Origin: Camelus ferus
Lineage: Eukaryota
Assembly: GCF_009834535.1 (NCBI RefSeq)
Contig: NC_045696.1
Span: forward strand, 4,032,001 to 4,096,000
Reading direction: 5' to 3'
DNA: 64,000 nt
A program made the translations under genes and the position numbers. The notes beneath the pieces were generated by a model that was not told where the DNA came from, made no database searches, and saw only the letters and a program-made list of their open reading frames with translations. This document shows, one piece after another, positions 47,611 to 62,600 of this stretch (position 1 is its first letter; each line of letters starts with the position of its first letter).

Positions 47611-50600
47611 CATGCAGGCGTTGCTTCCCCGTTACAGACGCTGTCTTGTGAGCCTGTGACTTGAATGACTTGCGTTTCAGACATACTTGCTTGCTTGCTG
47701 ATTTGGGCAGTTTGATGGGTGTCTTGGCCAACTGATGACCACGAAAGTGACTTGGACGGGCTGTTACTTTTGTAGCCTGCAGCCCGACCCTCTGACTCAC
47801 CCTGATGTGCACGGTGAGCTCGGCGGTGAGCCTTTCTGCCAGACGAGGCACGGTGGCCTTTCCTTCCTCCAGGAGACCTCTGAAACAGGAGAGGGCACAC
47901 GTCAGCTCAGGAAGGGCTCGCTCTCCAGTACTGGGCCTTGCAGGTGGCCAGGGCAGCTCGCATCTCGGGTAACACGCGTCATCAGAAAGGCCAGGCGGCC
48001 CCACGAGAAGGACAGTGACAACTCCGTGAAAAGCCGCACCTCGGCCAGCACGGGGCTGGGAAGCTTGCACTCAGTTATCTCTTATCATCCCAGCAAACTC
48101 ATGAGTCATCTTTTCAGGAAAAGCAAAACACATGTAACTTCATAGAGGTTAAACGACTTGCCCAAAATAGTATTTCATTTCTCCTAACCATTACTTGTCC
48201 CCAAATGGCCGAATCCATCTTCATAAAGAAGAACAAGCAGCAGGCACCCCAGCCCTGACGTGTAACAGACGTGGCGAAGCTGCCGCCGCGAAAGCAGCGC
48301 GGTCCCTCGGCAGAGACGGGCAGAGGGGCCTCGGGGGCAGAGCAAGCCCGGAAACACGCCCGCGCGGACGCCGTCAACTGGCGTTGGTAAAAGCACCAAG
48401 AACCTGCAGAGGGGGGAGGACGACCTCTTCAACAGCTGTTGTTGGCGAAACTGGATTTCCACACGCAAAGAGTGGGCCTGGATCCTCATCTCACACCAGA
48501 CACAAACGCCAGCTGAAAACTGCTCAGCGGCTCCAATGCAAGACCTGAGCCAGTCAGACACCTAGACCAGGGGGAACATCTTCATCACATCGATCCTGGA
48601 AGTGGTTTCACAGCTGGGACAGCAAAAGCACAGAGAAAAAAAGCAAAACAGGCAGGCAGGACTACATGAAACCACGGAGCCCCAGCACTGCAAAGAGACA
48701 ATTAACAGAGGAAAAGGCAGCGAACCAAACGGGAGAAAACATCTGCAAACCACACATCTGATCAAGAGTGTATTTCAGAAAATACAAGGAACTCCTACAA
48801 ATCAATATCAAAAACCCCAAATAACACAATTGAGAAACGGGCTAATGACTTGAATAGAGATTTCCTCAGAGAAGACACACCGGTGGCCACTCAGTCCATG
48901 AAAATGTGCTAACGTCGCTGATCGTCGGGGAAATGCAAATCAAAACCACAACGAAACATCACTTCCCATCTCTGAGGATGATATTATCCAAACACCAGAA
49001 CACAGGCGCTGGCCAGGATGCGGAGAAGCTGGGACCCTTGTACACTGTTGATGGGAATGCAAAATGGTGCAGCCACTACGAAAAGCAGTATGAAAATTCA
49101 AAAATTTAAAATGGGGCTCCCATACGATCCAGTCATCTCCCTTCTGGGGATTTATTCAAGAGAATTGGAATCAAGATCTCAAAGCAATATTGACACCCCT
49201 GTGTTCCCTGCTGCACTGCTCACAGTGTCCGCGGTGGGGACAGACACGTGGATAAAGAAAATGTGGATATGCCTGCAATAGAATATGGTTCCACCTTTAG
49301 AAAGAAGGAAACTTTGCCACACGTGACACTGTGAATGACCCTTGAGGACTTCATGCGAAGTGCATTGAGCCACCGTAGAAGGACAAAGAACGCCTGGCCC
49401 CCTTTGCAGGAGCCATCTAAAGCCATCAGACTTGTGCCATCGGGGAGTGGAATGGCTGTCGCCACGTGTGGGGGAGGAGGAAACGAGGGCTTGCTGAGCA
49501 AAGGGGATAAAGTTTCAATTCTGCAAGGTAAGTCACTTCTAGGGGCCCGGGGAACAACACTGCCTGTGGCGAACAGTCCTGCACTGTGCACTTTCACATT
49601 TCTCGGGAACGTCGACTTGTGCCAAACGCTCTCGCCGTCATGAAATGAGTTTTGAAAGTGTTTACGTGGGCTTCTGAGTGCCTACACCGTTCTAAGGGCT
49701 TTACAGATATTTAATCATGGAACAACCAGGTTTACAGAGAGAAAGGCAAAGACAAAGGGGAAGGCGCTTGCCCGGGGCCACACACCAGGCAGTCCGGCCG
49801 CTGAGTGTTTGCTGTCAGCACAGATTCAGGAAGGACCCGTGGGCTCATCGTCCCAGGGCTGCTCTGAGAGCTGTCGTGCAGGGCCAGAGTCCCAGTACGC
49901 GGACGCACGATGACTAAAGTCAGATGTCCAGCGACAAAGCACTTCAACACACTTTTTCATCCAAGACTTAATTTGCCCAAATCCGGTTGTTTTCAAAGTC
50001 TGGTCCCTGGACCAGCAACACCTGGGAACGTGTTAGGAACACAGATTCTGCGGCCTGACACCCAGACCTCAGAAACTCTGGGCCGGGGCACAGCCAGCTG
50101 GATCCTCCTGCTGGCTCAGGGTTGAGAACCGTGGGCGTGGTTGTTACAGAGCCTTCTTCTTGCTCGGCGAGAGGGGCTTTCTCTGCCTGCGACCCCACCC
50201 CCTGCTACCGAAAACAGTCTGTGTCTTGGATTCAGGGTGGGGACAGACAGAAGGGAGGATCCGGGTGCTGGTTTGGGAGTGTTGGCTCCTTGGGCGCTGG
50301 AACCTGTGTGTGGGTCACATATTTAATCCTAAACTCAACCCTGTGGAGCACCAGCAGGACTCACTGAGCAGATGAGAAAGCAGAAGCTCAGAGAGGGCCA
50401 GCCATCTCCCAAGGGCACAGAGCAAGCAGCAAGCCTGGTCTGCCCAAATCCATCCTCTTCCCACTGTGTCTCTCCTTAAAGCAGGCGTGGTCTGTATCTT
50501 CTTACCCCACTCCCTCATAGTTCAAGAACAGCAAGTTCCTGAATGAATTATAAGGAAAAATTGCCCAATTCAATTGGAAAATTCCACTGTCTTGCCAACT

Positions 50601-53600
50601 ACAGAGGCACTACAAGATAATTTTCGATAAGAACCAGTTAGCCTGCAGGCTCTAAAGAGCTGGAGAGTTCCGTAAAGCAAGTAGGTGTGCCGGTTGATTT
50701 AACGTCTTACATCTTTAACGCCTTTGACCAGGTTCACTAGTTTCCAAAAGTTAGAAGATCTGTTTCTAGGCCTCTTTTCATTCACTATTTGTTCAACCTC
50801 ATCGCCCTCATCTGTAAAAATGGGAAGAACCTCACCTGCTATATGTACCTCTTAAGAATTTGTGGGACTCAAATGAGCAACAAGTGAAAACCTTTGGGGA
50901 AACCACAGTGTATATGCCCCATGAAATGCCATGTTACAAGGTTTTCATCAGCACCATCATTAGAGACCAAGAGGAAAATGACTGGTTTAAATAAGCCAAC
51001 AAAATTAACACCAAAATTAAGACAAGGATATGTTATGCCAGGTGGTATAATTTTACATGTAATTTGGTCATCGTATCGGCCAATCCTGGCAGGCGGAACT
51101 GGCTTCCAGGGAGTCCAGCCCTGAGGTTGTCCTAAAGAACCTCACCTGAAGTACGGATGCATTTGGAAGAACAGCGTCTCTCTCCTGGTGGCCTCTGCCA
51201 AGCTCATTTGTCCAGGATGTCCTGCTGGCCCCGGCACTTCACTATCATGTAGCCCTTCTTGAGGCAGTACGTGAGGTTCTGCATCACGTTCAGGACGCAT
51301 TTCTCGGTGCCCTTGTCCACTAGGTCTGGTTTGGTCAGGATCCCTGTGAGATGATGGAGGAAAGCACTGGAAGGTCAGTTGTCCCCTCAGACATATTTGA
51401 GTTCCACTAGGCTATGGGGCCTTTTATTGGGCAAGACCAACCAAGTCCGCAGCCTTGACCGCCAGTGCCTGGCTGCCCATTCATTGATCCCACCGTCACC
51501 CCTCTTCCTTGCACCTGCATTTGCTTATCCACTCACTGGACTCCTTACCTGCCTTGGGTCATTTGTTTAACAAATGTTTCTTGGGTGCCTGCTGGGTGCC
51601 GACACTAAGGCAGCAGCATCAGATCGGACCGGATCGGCTCCACCACCACGTTTCCAGGGACCCGTCATCCCTGCTGTCAGGAGGGTCTGGCGTCTCAGGT
51701 TGCATACTCGCTCCACCCCCTCCACCCCCTCCTTGTGGTTCCTCCTCTGAGAGTCTCCCACCTGCTTTCCTGTCTCGCTCTCCCGCCCTCACTGCTCCCC
51801 ACTCACACTGGATGGAAAGCCGTGCATTCTGCGTGATTGTGTTCTTTGAGTGTCAAATTCCCGCTGCATTTCCTCTTTGTTTCCTGTTAGAAACCTGAAG
51901 GTCATCTTCTACTGTCACTGTCATTGTTTTTAATTTGCTGTGAAGTCTGGACTTCTCGTCCACCATTTCCTGAAACTTTCCCGGCACCTAAAGGATTGAA
52001 TTTCTCTCTCTTTTGACCTTCCTGTCACCAAAAGGTGTCATTTAAGAGCGGATCTTCACAGTCGCTAAGAGGTTTGTGCAAGCACAGGCCTTCATGTCAC
52101 TGACAGAGTCGAGATGTCTCTGAATCTACTCTCGCACCTTCCGTGGCCAGAGAGGACCTTCCCCTGGGAGGGAGAAAGCAGCCAAGAAGGCCCGTCCCTG
52201 GAAGCAGCGGTCACTCGTAGAAGCCTAGGCCACTGGCCTTTATTCGCAGGACAAGTACAGAGAACAGAACTTGGGACGCTCTGCTAGACTCGCTGCAGCC
52301 GGGGAGAGCGCCTTCTCGCAGTGAGCCTGGTTGAAAAAGAGGACGCACGCGAATACGTCCCCATCTGCAGCATTTGCTCACGAGCCTCATTTCGGGCCCC
52401 AGTACAGGGAAGGCCGCTAACTGCCAAACATTCCTAGACACTTCAATTAGAAAACAAAATTAATCCATTCCTAGATGCCGTACACAAACATATTTAATTA
52501 AGAAAGGAGCACACTGAGTCAAGCGCATGCTGAGGGTGTTGAGCAGGTGGCCGTGAACAAGACTGCAAAGTCCCTGACCTCACGAATATCCCCTCCCTGT
52601 AGTGGGAAAGTGCTAGAGAAATGAATCCAGTAAACGTAAGAGAAACAAAGAAAAACATCCGCTGTTGATCCTGCTATGCAGAGAATGACAGTGACTGCTG
52701 GCAGGTGAGTGCAGGCAGGCGTGGATGGTGTAGATCCGGCTGGGTCCCAGGCGGGCCCCTGGGAAGGCAGCGCTCAGGCTGAGGTCTGATAGGAGGAAGG
52801 AGCCGGCCTAGTGAAGATGGGGAAAGACCCTTCCAGGCCCTTGGGAAGAAGGAGCTGGGATGATGAGCAGGACTGGAGAGGAGGGCGCGGCAGAGAGCAA
52901 CGGGAACTGTGCTCAGAGAGCCACGCGGGGCCAGGCCACAGGGGGCTTGTGGTCCAGGCACAGGAGTCTGGGTTTGTGTATGTGCGGAGGGAGCATTAGA
53001 GAGTCAGTCGGGGGCGGGGCGACACGACCCAATTTGCATGTTTAAGGACCCGCAGAGAGTGCAGTGCACTGGGCAAGGTGAGTGTGGAGAGACCAGGCAG
53101 CAGGTGATGGAGGCTCAGACTGCACAAATGAGAAGTGCAGATGGATGTGGTGTCGGTCTGGAGGCAGAGTCACCAGGACTTCAGATGGGTTAGACATGTG
53201 TAAGCAAGCAGAAGGCAGAATCAGGTGTGACTGTCTGATTTGGCTTCAGACCTGGGCAGGCGGGTATGGAGCTAAGAAAGGGGCCGGGAAGCCCTGGGAA
53301 GGAGGAGAATCTGGGTAGGGTGCAGACCCCAGGGGTTGTGCTTTGGTCACATTAAATTGGAGACACTTAATGCGCTTCCAAGTGGAGATGTCAGGCCTAG
53401 GGAAAGGTTAAGGGTTACAGATACAGGTGTGGGTGTCGCTGGCAAATCGATGGGACTCGAAACTGTGGACAGACGTGATTATTTAAAGAGGCTGTGTTAA
53501 CAGAGGGGAGAGCTCAGGACCAAGTTCTGGGTTTCCAGTACTTAGAGGCTAGAGAACTGAAAAACCAACCAGACCAAGATCGAGACCTCCAGGTGGCCAG

Positions 53601-56600
53601 GGAAGAGGAGACCTGAGAGAGAATGGGGACCCAGAGGCCAGCAGGCCGTGATGTCCCAGCGCAGGAAGGAAGATGTCAAGAAGGGAGCGGTCGCCACCTT
53701 GACTTTGGCTGAGAGGTGGAGGAAGATGAGCACAGGGAAGGGACTGCACGTTTGTCAGCACGGAGGCCACTGGTGACCTTGACCAGAGCCTTCTCTGTCC
53801 CAAGGTGGGGACAGGAGCTCAGCCGGAGCTGGCTGTGCGGACAGTGTGCATTTAGCAGTGCATGGATGGGGAACAAGCTTGGTGGGGACCCCACAAATAT
53901 TCTGACTCTGTTCTTCCCCAAGCTTAATATTCTGTAAGCCACAACTACATCATCCACCAAATTTTTTGTTTTCACCCTTTGGAAGTACTGCATAGGCATT
54001 CATTCCTTTTCTGCTTTTAAAAAATGTGCTAAAGTACACGTAACTCACGTACACCAGAGAATACCTCAGTGCGTGAGAAGACGCTGCTCCCCCTTTCTGC
54101 ACCATCGTGGTCCCCGCTTCTCAAGTTAGTTTATAAAATACGGTAAATAACACATAACCAAGTTTACAATTGTAGCCATTTTTTAAGACTCCAGTTGGGT
54201 GGCATTAAGTACAGCCTCACTGCCGTGCCATCGTGACCAGCACCCAGCTCCAGAATTTTCTCATCTTGCAAAACCAAAACTCTGTACCCTTTCATTAACT
54301 GCCAGTCCCCTTCCCCGCCTCTGGCAACCGCCATTCTACTTCCTGTCTCTTTGAATTTGTCCACGTTCCTCAAGTCAGTGGAATCATACAGGATTTATCT
54401 TTCTGGGACTGGCTTATTTCACGTCCTTCCTTTGCAAGGCTGGACAGCACCCCATTGTGTGTGCGCACCGTGGTTCGCTTGTGCACTCCTCCCTTGATGG
54501 GCACTTGGTTTGCTCCCACCTTTGCTTTCGTGAAGAACGCTGCTGTGCACGTGGGTGGGGATTCCCTTTTCTTTTTAAACCCAGCGCACTTGTCTCTGTC
54601 GCTGCACTTGACCTGGAGTGCAGATGGAAAGCCTGCAGGGACACTGTGATGCTGTCTGGGACGCACTAAGGTCTGACTGTGGTCCTCTACGCCTGCAGTT
54701 CTTGGTGAATTCATATTAATAGCAGCTAATATTTAGCGAGAACCTTCGGTTATCGGAGTTTACGCCTAACGAGAGGAACAGACAACGATTAATAAGAAGC
54801 GTTACTCAGTTTCTACAGAGATGTCAACATCCGAATCGATCTACTGGGCAGGTGATATTACCTGCCGTGGCCGTCAGCAGGACATCCCTCTTGACTTACG
54901 ATCGTGAGAAGAGACAGGAATTGCACGTACAAGGACGGGTGACCCCAGACCTGCGTTTTCTCCCTGTGTCCATGTGTCTGAGACGCCTGTAGGGGGCAGG
55001 AGCTAAGGGAGCACGCGTGGTCTGGCCTGGAGTAACACTGCACTGAGCCGCGCCCCCATCGGCTTGTGTCCATCCTTACTGGGAAACTGGGAACTCGTTT
55101 GGGAAAATAAAAATGGATAAAGGGTAGGTGTGTACTGAGTATCCACTTAGTCAAGGGAAATGACTTGCCAGTTTTCAGGAAGGAAACCGCTATGGGTAAG
55201 TGCGATGACTCGTAAAGAAGGGATATTGAGTAATAATATTAAAACTTTAAAAATAGGAGCTGCCATTTGCCTAAGGGTGTGCAGCCAGTAAGTGGTAGGA
55301 CGTGGATTCAAACCCAAGCAGTCTGTGTTCTTAAGCCAAGTCCCCTATAATACCTTCCAGGGTGGCTTTTTAACGAAAGGAATTTAAGGGAACCCAGGTC
55401 CCCAACGAAAAGTTGTGCTTGAATGTGAATTCTGCAGACACCGTGTGCTGCAGTGCACGCCTGGAAGTGTGCTCACTGAGTATGCTCATCCGGGCTTTAT
55501 GAAGGGCTTTCCCATCCCAAGGAGTCACAAGAACTCAACTGTGGGACTGCAGAGCTGATGGCCAGGCACTTTCTCCCTTGTGGACCACTGTGGACGTTCT
55601 CGTCCCCCATCCGGAATGGTTTGAGAATGCAGATGAGGGACAAGTGGAAGGAGGGCAAAGGACCTCCCAATTGTGGCCACACGTCTCACCCTGACTGTGA
55701 CCCCCAGCCCATGGAGCTTCCCCTGGGAACAGCACTTGGACCCAACGCAGGAGTGGGCGTCCCTGGCAGAGCTCCAACCCAGGGCCTTCTATATACACGA
55801 GGATTCCCCCCGCCCTTCCCGGCCTCTACAACTGGGTTCCCTCTTCTTACCTATGGTCCTGTCCCCATCGGGGTCCACCTCCTGGGCCATGCTCAGCGCC
55901 TCTGTTGTGGCGATGTCCACGTTACAGGGGACCACCACCAGGTTGATCGTCTCCTGCCTCCGGATGTACTTGGTGATGAGTGCCTTGATCTGATGCCAGG
56001 GAATCACAAAGAACGAGCTCATCTCTGGTCACCCAACGACACAGCCACATGTGTGTGACACCCAGAGCACGGCCCAGCTGTCCCACTTCTGGGCTCTGGC
56101 TTGTCCTCTTCCTCGGGAGTGTGTGCCCACCTGCCCTCCCGGGTCCTCTGTTGACGTCCTGCGTATCCTGCACAGCTCATCACCAGTGTTTCTTCCTTCT
56201 CGAAGACTCCCTGACCCCCAAGACCCTACTTCCTCTCCAGATCTCTCCCATGGCGCTCCTGAGACTGCCTTCTATGAGGGTGGTGTGTGCGTGCTGTGTC
56301 CTCCCCAGAAGGACACCTCTGGGGCGTCCCTGTCATGATCCCGGACGTCCCCATGCAGAGCCCAGCACAGCGCCCGCGGCAGGTGCTCAGCGCCAGCCCC
56401 CGTGACAGCTGACGTCAGTAATGTCTCCACCTTTGTTTATGCAGAAAACCAATGACTTTTTCCTGCGTTTGTTCTCGGGAGGGGTCTAGCTCATTAGAAT
56501 TAGAGAGATGTCATAAGATTTCTGAGACTTTGCAGGCACACAGGAGACGTGGGCCAGATACGCCTTAAACTCCCTGCGTGGAGAATGCAAACAAATAACC

Positions 56601-59600
56601 GTGGAGCAGGCTGGCACCTTGGGGTGTGTTTCCTTATATTTGGTATAACTCACACTTAGTGCTGCGCAGCTGACATTCCGTCTAATTTCAAGCTGTGCAC
56701 AGAAAATAGTAGGCACAGCCACAAAATAGAAAATTTCCATCACATAAGCACACATTAGCCTCATATAGAAAGTTAAGCACTGAGATGAAATAAAAATGCC
56801 GAATTTGAACAGGTCCAGTTAGGCCTCAGTCACGGGAAGTTTAACTGAGTAAAGCTACAGGCAAACTTTGTCCGGGAGCTTCCGTGGCAGTTGTCCTAAC
56901 GGTGCAAGTTCGCTTCGTGTTGGTGCCTCGCCCCTCGGCGGCACCTCCGTGACGGACCTGACAGCTTCTGTAAGTCAACGGACGGGGCCATCCAGGGCTC
57001 TCCGCCTCAGCGCTATTGGCAACCTGGGCTTCTTAACAGTTTTGTTTGTTTTTTTGAGCTATTACTATCCAAATTGCAATCCTTATTTTAAAATTTAACT
57101 TAATGATTTCATGCATTTGGACCCTTTCAAGAATATCCAAGAACTCTTAAACAGTGATATTCTGAAAGTCCCAAGTTTGTCCAAAATCTGTATTACTGAC
57201 TGATAGTGACGACAGCTCCATAACAATAAGAGTAATCATTTTCTACAACCAGGCCCTTCTGTGTAGCACAGGGAACCGTGCCCAACGCCCTGCAATCAAC
57301 CATCATGGGTGAGAACCTGAAGAAGAATTCATGCACACGTGTGACTGAATCACCATGCTGCACACCAGAAACCAACACAACACCGCAACCCGACTATTAC
57401 AGAAGAGTAATTACTCTCCTTGTTGGGGTGAGGGACCTCCCCTGCGGGGCTGTCCTGTGCGCTGTGGAATACTGAGCTGCGTCTCTGTCTCTACCTACTA
57501 GATGCTGGTAATAATTGCACTTTTCCCAAGTTGTGATAACCAAAAATGTCTCAGACATGCCTGCGTTCCCCGGAGCTGGGAACTGCGGCCTGAATCACAC
57601 TCCTTCATGTGCATTTTGACAGGATCTTGGGGAGTGAAAACTGCCCCCCTGTGTGTCTGCCTGCAGAGGGAAGCTTCGTAAACAGAATACCTTCTGCTCA
57701 CGTCACCCGTGCTTATCGGGCTCAGGTTCTGGGCCGTTTGAGGACCCAGAGATTCAGCAGCCAACACGGAAGGCAGTTCCTCCCCGGTTACTCCCCAGCA
57801 GGGAATGCAGGCCATGAACACTCGGTGAAAAGGGACATGGAGTCAGAAGGGCCGGGCACAGGGCGTCCGGCATTAGGCATCATGATGGCCTTTGAGTAGA
57901 AGCCTGGGGTAAGTGGGGGCACGTGCCAGGTGGAAGTCTGGGTGGGGTGGGCATTTCAGGAAGAGGGAAGAGGAGGAATAAAGATAGGGGTGGGGCACAG
58001 AGGACACGGGGCCAATGATCTGGGGCCAGCTCACATGGGACCTCGGGAGCTGTCTTGTGGATTGACATGGGACCACTGGGGACTCTGAGGAGTGAGGGCG
58101 TCTGGCCTGTGCTCTAGGACAGGAGCGTTGTGTAAGAGTGCACTTGGGGAACGGGTGCTGCCATGAGCGGCAGGGGCAGGAGAGCAAGGAAGCAGGGCAG
58201 AGACGGGAGCTCAGTAAGAGATGGCGGTGCTGTGGGCTCCTTGCGGCAGCGACAGGGAAACATGACGGCACGGGTCTTGGGATGTGTTTGAAAGTGGAGC
58301 CAGTCAGGATTGTAGCTTGACTGGCTGCGTCCTGTGATGGGCAACTCCTCACTTCTGACCAAACAGTCCTCTCAACAGACTAGCTTCTTACCAGCTTCTT
58401 AACAATTTATTTCTGTTTTTTCTGATTCTGACAAACTCTTATGCTCACCTCCCCAGTGGATGCTTCCTCAAGTGTAAGCACTACTTTCAAGAGGGAAAAG
58501 GGCAGCGTGTTCCTGCGAGTGCCGGCTTGAGAGGAGGGGGACACACGGACTTGATGCGGAAACACTGACAAAATGGCACGGTTTGTGCCCGCAAGAGGCC
58601 GGGTAGAGAGAAGGAGGAAGGGTGTGGACCTGCAAGGGGGACACAGAGTCCAGGTCCAGCCCTGCCCCGGGCATTCACCCGAGCACCTCCTCACCTCCTT
58701 TCTCTGCCGCTTTCCCACCCTCTCCCTCTGGCCCGTCAGGACCTGGCTAAGCCTCCGGGTCGCCTCTCTTAACACAGGGAACTTGCTGTCCCCTGATTCT
58801 GTGACTATCGCCTTCCTGGAGCACCTCGTAGATGAAGGACAGCTTCCTCCCAGTCTCCTTGAACTTTGGCCTTTGCTTGGCTCAAGAACCCCCGGCCTCT
58901 TTCAGGAGCCCCTCATGGGAGGGGCAAGGTGTGCGCTTCAAGGTGAGCCTGATCTCAGCCCTGTCCTGGTGCTGGCCTTTCTGCCTCCGACCAGACATCA
59001 CAGACTGTGTTCCAATTGACTTCCAAGTACTGCTTTAGCAAAAATATTGCTACTAAATTTAGCAAGATTTCACGTACAAACCAAATTTCCGGCACACTTT
59101 GAACATCAGGATAGCAGTAAGACAGACTGACGTTCCCACACGACAACATGCAGTGAGGTGCCAGCTGTCCCCTGAAACACTGAGTCAACTTTGCCCGTTT
59201 CCATGACCTGCCAGGCCCTTCTCAGAACCCGAGTGTGAGCCCCCCAGTCCTAGAAGGTCCGACCCCAGTCTCCTCCACAAACCGCTCAGAGGGAGGGCTG
59301 CGGAGGTGCACCAGAGCACGTGGGGCTGCCGGCAGAGACCTCAGAAGCCACCCCAACTTAGCATGGCCCGTTGCCAAGTTCCAGAAAGGCTCACCTGCTG
59401 TCCGATGTCCTGGGGCTGATTTCCCACGGCCACCCTGGCGATGCCGGGAAGATCAATGAGGGTCAGATCTGGAACCTCAGGGGCGGTGACCTCCAGACTA
59501 ATGAGCTCGTGGCTAATGCCAACTCCACTCCCAGCTATGGCGTCCTGGGCTGCGGAGACCAAAGAGGAGACACCCAGAGTCCAGATGGACCGCCCGGCCC

Positions 59601-62600
59601 GGCAAAAGCACTGTGTAACTGTGGCCATTGAGCCCTTCTCCCATATTCGGGAACAGCCCTGAGGGGCAGGGAAGCAGCTTAAGGCGCAGGCGGATTAAGT
59701 GCCTGATTCTCTACAGACAGAGCACGGGGCAGGCTAGAGCCAGGGCTGCTCCTCTGTAAACTTCCCCTGCTTCAATCGTCATTCATCGTCACTACTTAAG
59801 GTACGACTTTTGTAACCTTTTACTGAAGAGTCACGCACGCGCAGGACAGTCCCCCACCGTCTAAGCAGGTGCTCGGTGAGTTTCACAGGCGGGACTCACA
59901 GGTGTAACCAACACACGGCTTCAAGTCACAGAGCACGGGCAGCCCTCCAAGCCGCTCTCTCCCTGTCGGGCATCGGCCTCCAGCAAGGATGACCCCTGGC
60001 CTGGGGCTCGGCCGGCATCTACTCCCCTTTTGCCCACTTTGCACTTTATCCGTGGTTGGGCCGAGTGAATTTGCTGAGAGACGACCACGTCTGACCTACG
60101 AGAACAGCAGTTTCACGTGGTCTCACCTAATCACAAATGGAATCATGAACCACAGGGCCCCTTGGTCTGGCTTCCCGCCCACACGAGGCCTGCGTGGTCC
60201 CCTGTCCTGCTGCTGGTAGCTGAGGGTGCTTCCTCTTCACTGCTGCCTGTTCGTCCACCCCAGTGCCATGATCAGGTCGACTGTGGACGGACACTGGGGG
60301 GTCTCCAGGTGTGGGCTATGAACATCCTAGAACCTGACTCTTGGCGCACATGTCCGCTGCCTGTGTGCTCAGGAGTGGACTTTTGGGGCGACATGGGGTG
60401 TGCACGCCTCCAGCCTTACTGGAAAATTGTGGCAGTTTTCCAAAGTGGCCACACCAACTCAGACTTCCACCAGCAGGGCAGCGGAGTTCCGAGACGCTAT
60501 TCTAAAGATGCTTTAGCTGTGGTTTGCTCATGACTCATCTTCCCACGTTCATCCAAGCACACGCCCACGGTGTGTGGGAGCCCACCGCCCTCCCGGCTCT
60601 GCCCGCAGAGCTCGTGGGGCTGCAGAGCCCAGGGCTGACTTCAGTGGCGCAGCGGGCCGTGCGGGGCCCGCGGCCGCCCAGGACAGGCGCAGCGGGCGTA
60701 GCTGGGGGGCAGAGCTTTTATAAACTTGACGCTAGGAAATTTGCCAGTTGAGGGCCGCAAGCAGCTTCTGTATTGGGGGTGGGGTGAATGCTAGAATTGG
60801 GGCAGTATCTCTCCACCTGGGAGGGATCCCTCTGGTGAGCCAGCCGAGGCCACGCCGTTCCCGGGGAGCTAGGCCCAGGGAGTGAGGTGAAAACCCCTGT
60901 CTCACGTGCTGAGTTTATGGCTGAGTAAGGCGCAAAGCCCGTCTGCCTGGAACAGAGGCCCTGTCTGCAGGGATTCCTGCGAGGATCAAGGCTAATTTTG
61001 CCTGCCTGGCTGAGCCCAGCTTGCGAGCAGGGCAGGGAGAAGCCTCTGGGAAGGACAGGCTGACTCAGGGACCTGAGGGGCAGGGCTGCGGGAGGGCGAC
61101 CCCCAGGGCTCCTCTAAGCAGGTTTGGAAGCGGAATCCAGGAGCAATGGAGGCTTTTGAGCGTTCTGCGCCTGCCCAAGGCTAATCCCCAGGGCTGGTGA
61201 GTTTTGTCCAAAGGCCCAGGGTTGGCTGTGCTTCTACTAATGACCCTTTGGCTGAGGGAAGGGGGAGGGGGCTACATGGGGGTGGGGCTGGGGCTGGGAC
61301 AGTGTTGGGGGAAGTCGCCTGGGGGCAGAGCCACTGCCACAGGCAATCAGCCACTCCAGATTAGAGCAGTGCCAGGATGGCTGGGGCCAGCGGGGGACCC
61401 TGCGGGGGACACTTCCCAGAGGAAAAGCAGGCAGGTAAGCTGAGACCAAAAGAAAGAGGAAGAATTAAACAGACAACCAGGAGGGACGGCGTGCAGGCAG
61501 GGGCGAGGGGAGGGGAGCAGCACAGGCTCCTGTGAAGCTGCAGGGGCCCCGAGGAGGATGGCCACGGGTAGAAGGAGCCGCCCCTGCAGCCTCCCCGGGC
61601 CCTACCTTTCCGGATTTCCCTCTCCACCTGGGAGGGGTCCTGCAGCTGGAGCTCCGTGTTCCGGTAGCTGAGTGTCCCCCTCCACGTGCACTCGTGCAGC
61701 TGTTTCTTCAGTTGCAGCACCAGCGGACACCTGGTGACGATTCCTGGGAGAGAGTTTCCCAAACATAAAAGAAGCGTTCTCAGGTACCCTCTGCTCTTAT
61801 CCCCAGGACCTGCCCCGTGTCCCCGGAGGCTTGGTCTGAAATTTCTGTCCCTCTCTAGGGCCCAGTCCAGGCCACCACATTACCCCCAGGCCCTAGAAAT
61901 GCCTCGGGCATTGTCCGGGACAGGCGGGATGTCAGCCAGAGGTCTGCCCGACCCTGTCCAGCCCTCCCAAGCCCCTCCCAGTCCTGCGGGAGGAGGTCAG
62001 GGGTGGGGGTAGGCAGGGGAGGGGGAGCAGGATGTGCACATCGGGGCCCAAGGGCGAGGTTTGTGGGGGCGCCTGGCAGGGAGGGATCAAGTTCCCAGGG
62101 AAGCTGGAACTGCCCTGAGCTGCCTGGGGCTGGGCTCCGGTGGTCAAGCCCCTAGTACCTGCACACAGCAGGGCTGTCCTACGACCACTCCCAGCCTGGG
62201 CACTTGTCCAGGGACCCCTGCCGGCCCCACGTCACTGCCGTGGCCTCCAGACTCTCTGCCCTGTGGCGTCTCTCCCCAGAACGCTGAACCCAGGGCAGAG
62301 AGGAGGAGCCACTGTGCCCACTCTGAGTTCTCATCCATCAGGAGCCTGGCTGGTGGGGATCTCATGGGACGTCCCGGAGTAGAAGACCAGCTGTCTGTGG
62401 TCAGAGGGAGCACAGGTCAGGGCCCCTGGCAGCGCGGCTGTTCCTGGGGCTGCGCAGGGTCTGGGCCGTCCCCCAGCACCCCCACACCCTCCTGTGTGCC
62501 CAGGAGGCCAAACCCTGGCCCCTGTTTCTCGTTGGGTGTGGGGGATGGGCACTGCTGGCAGGAGATGGGAGTGAGGAAGGGAACCGGCTGGCGGAACCTC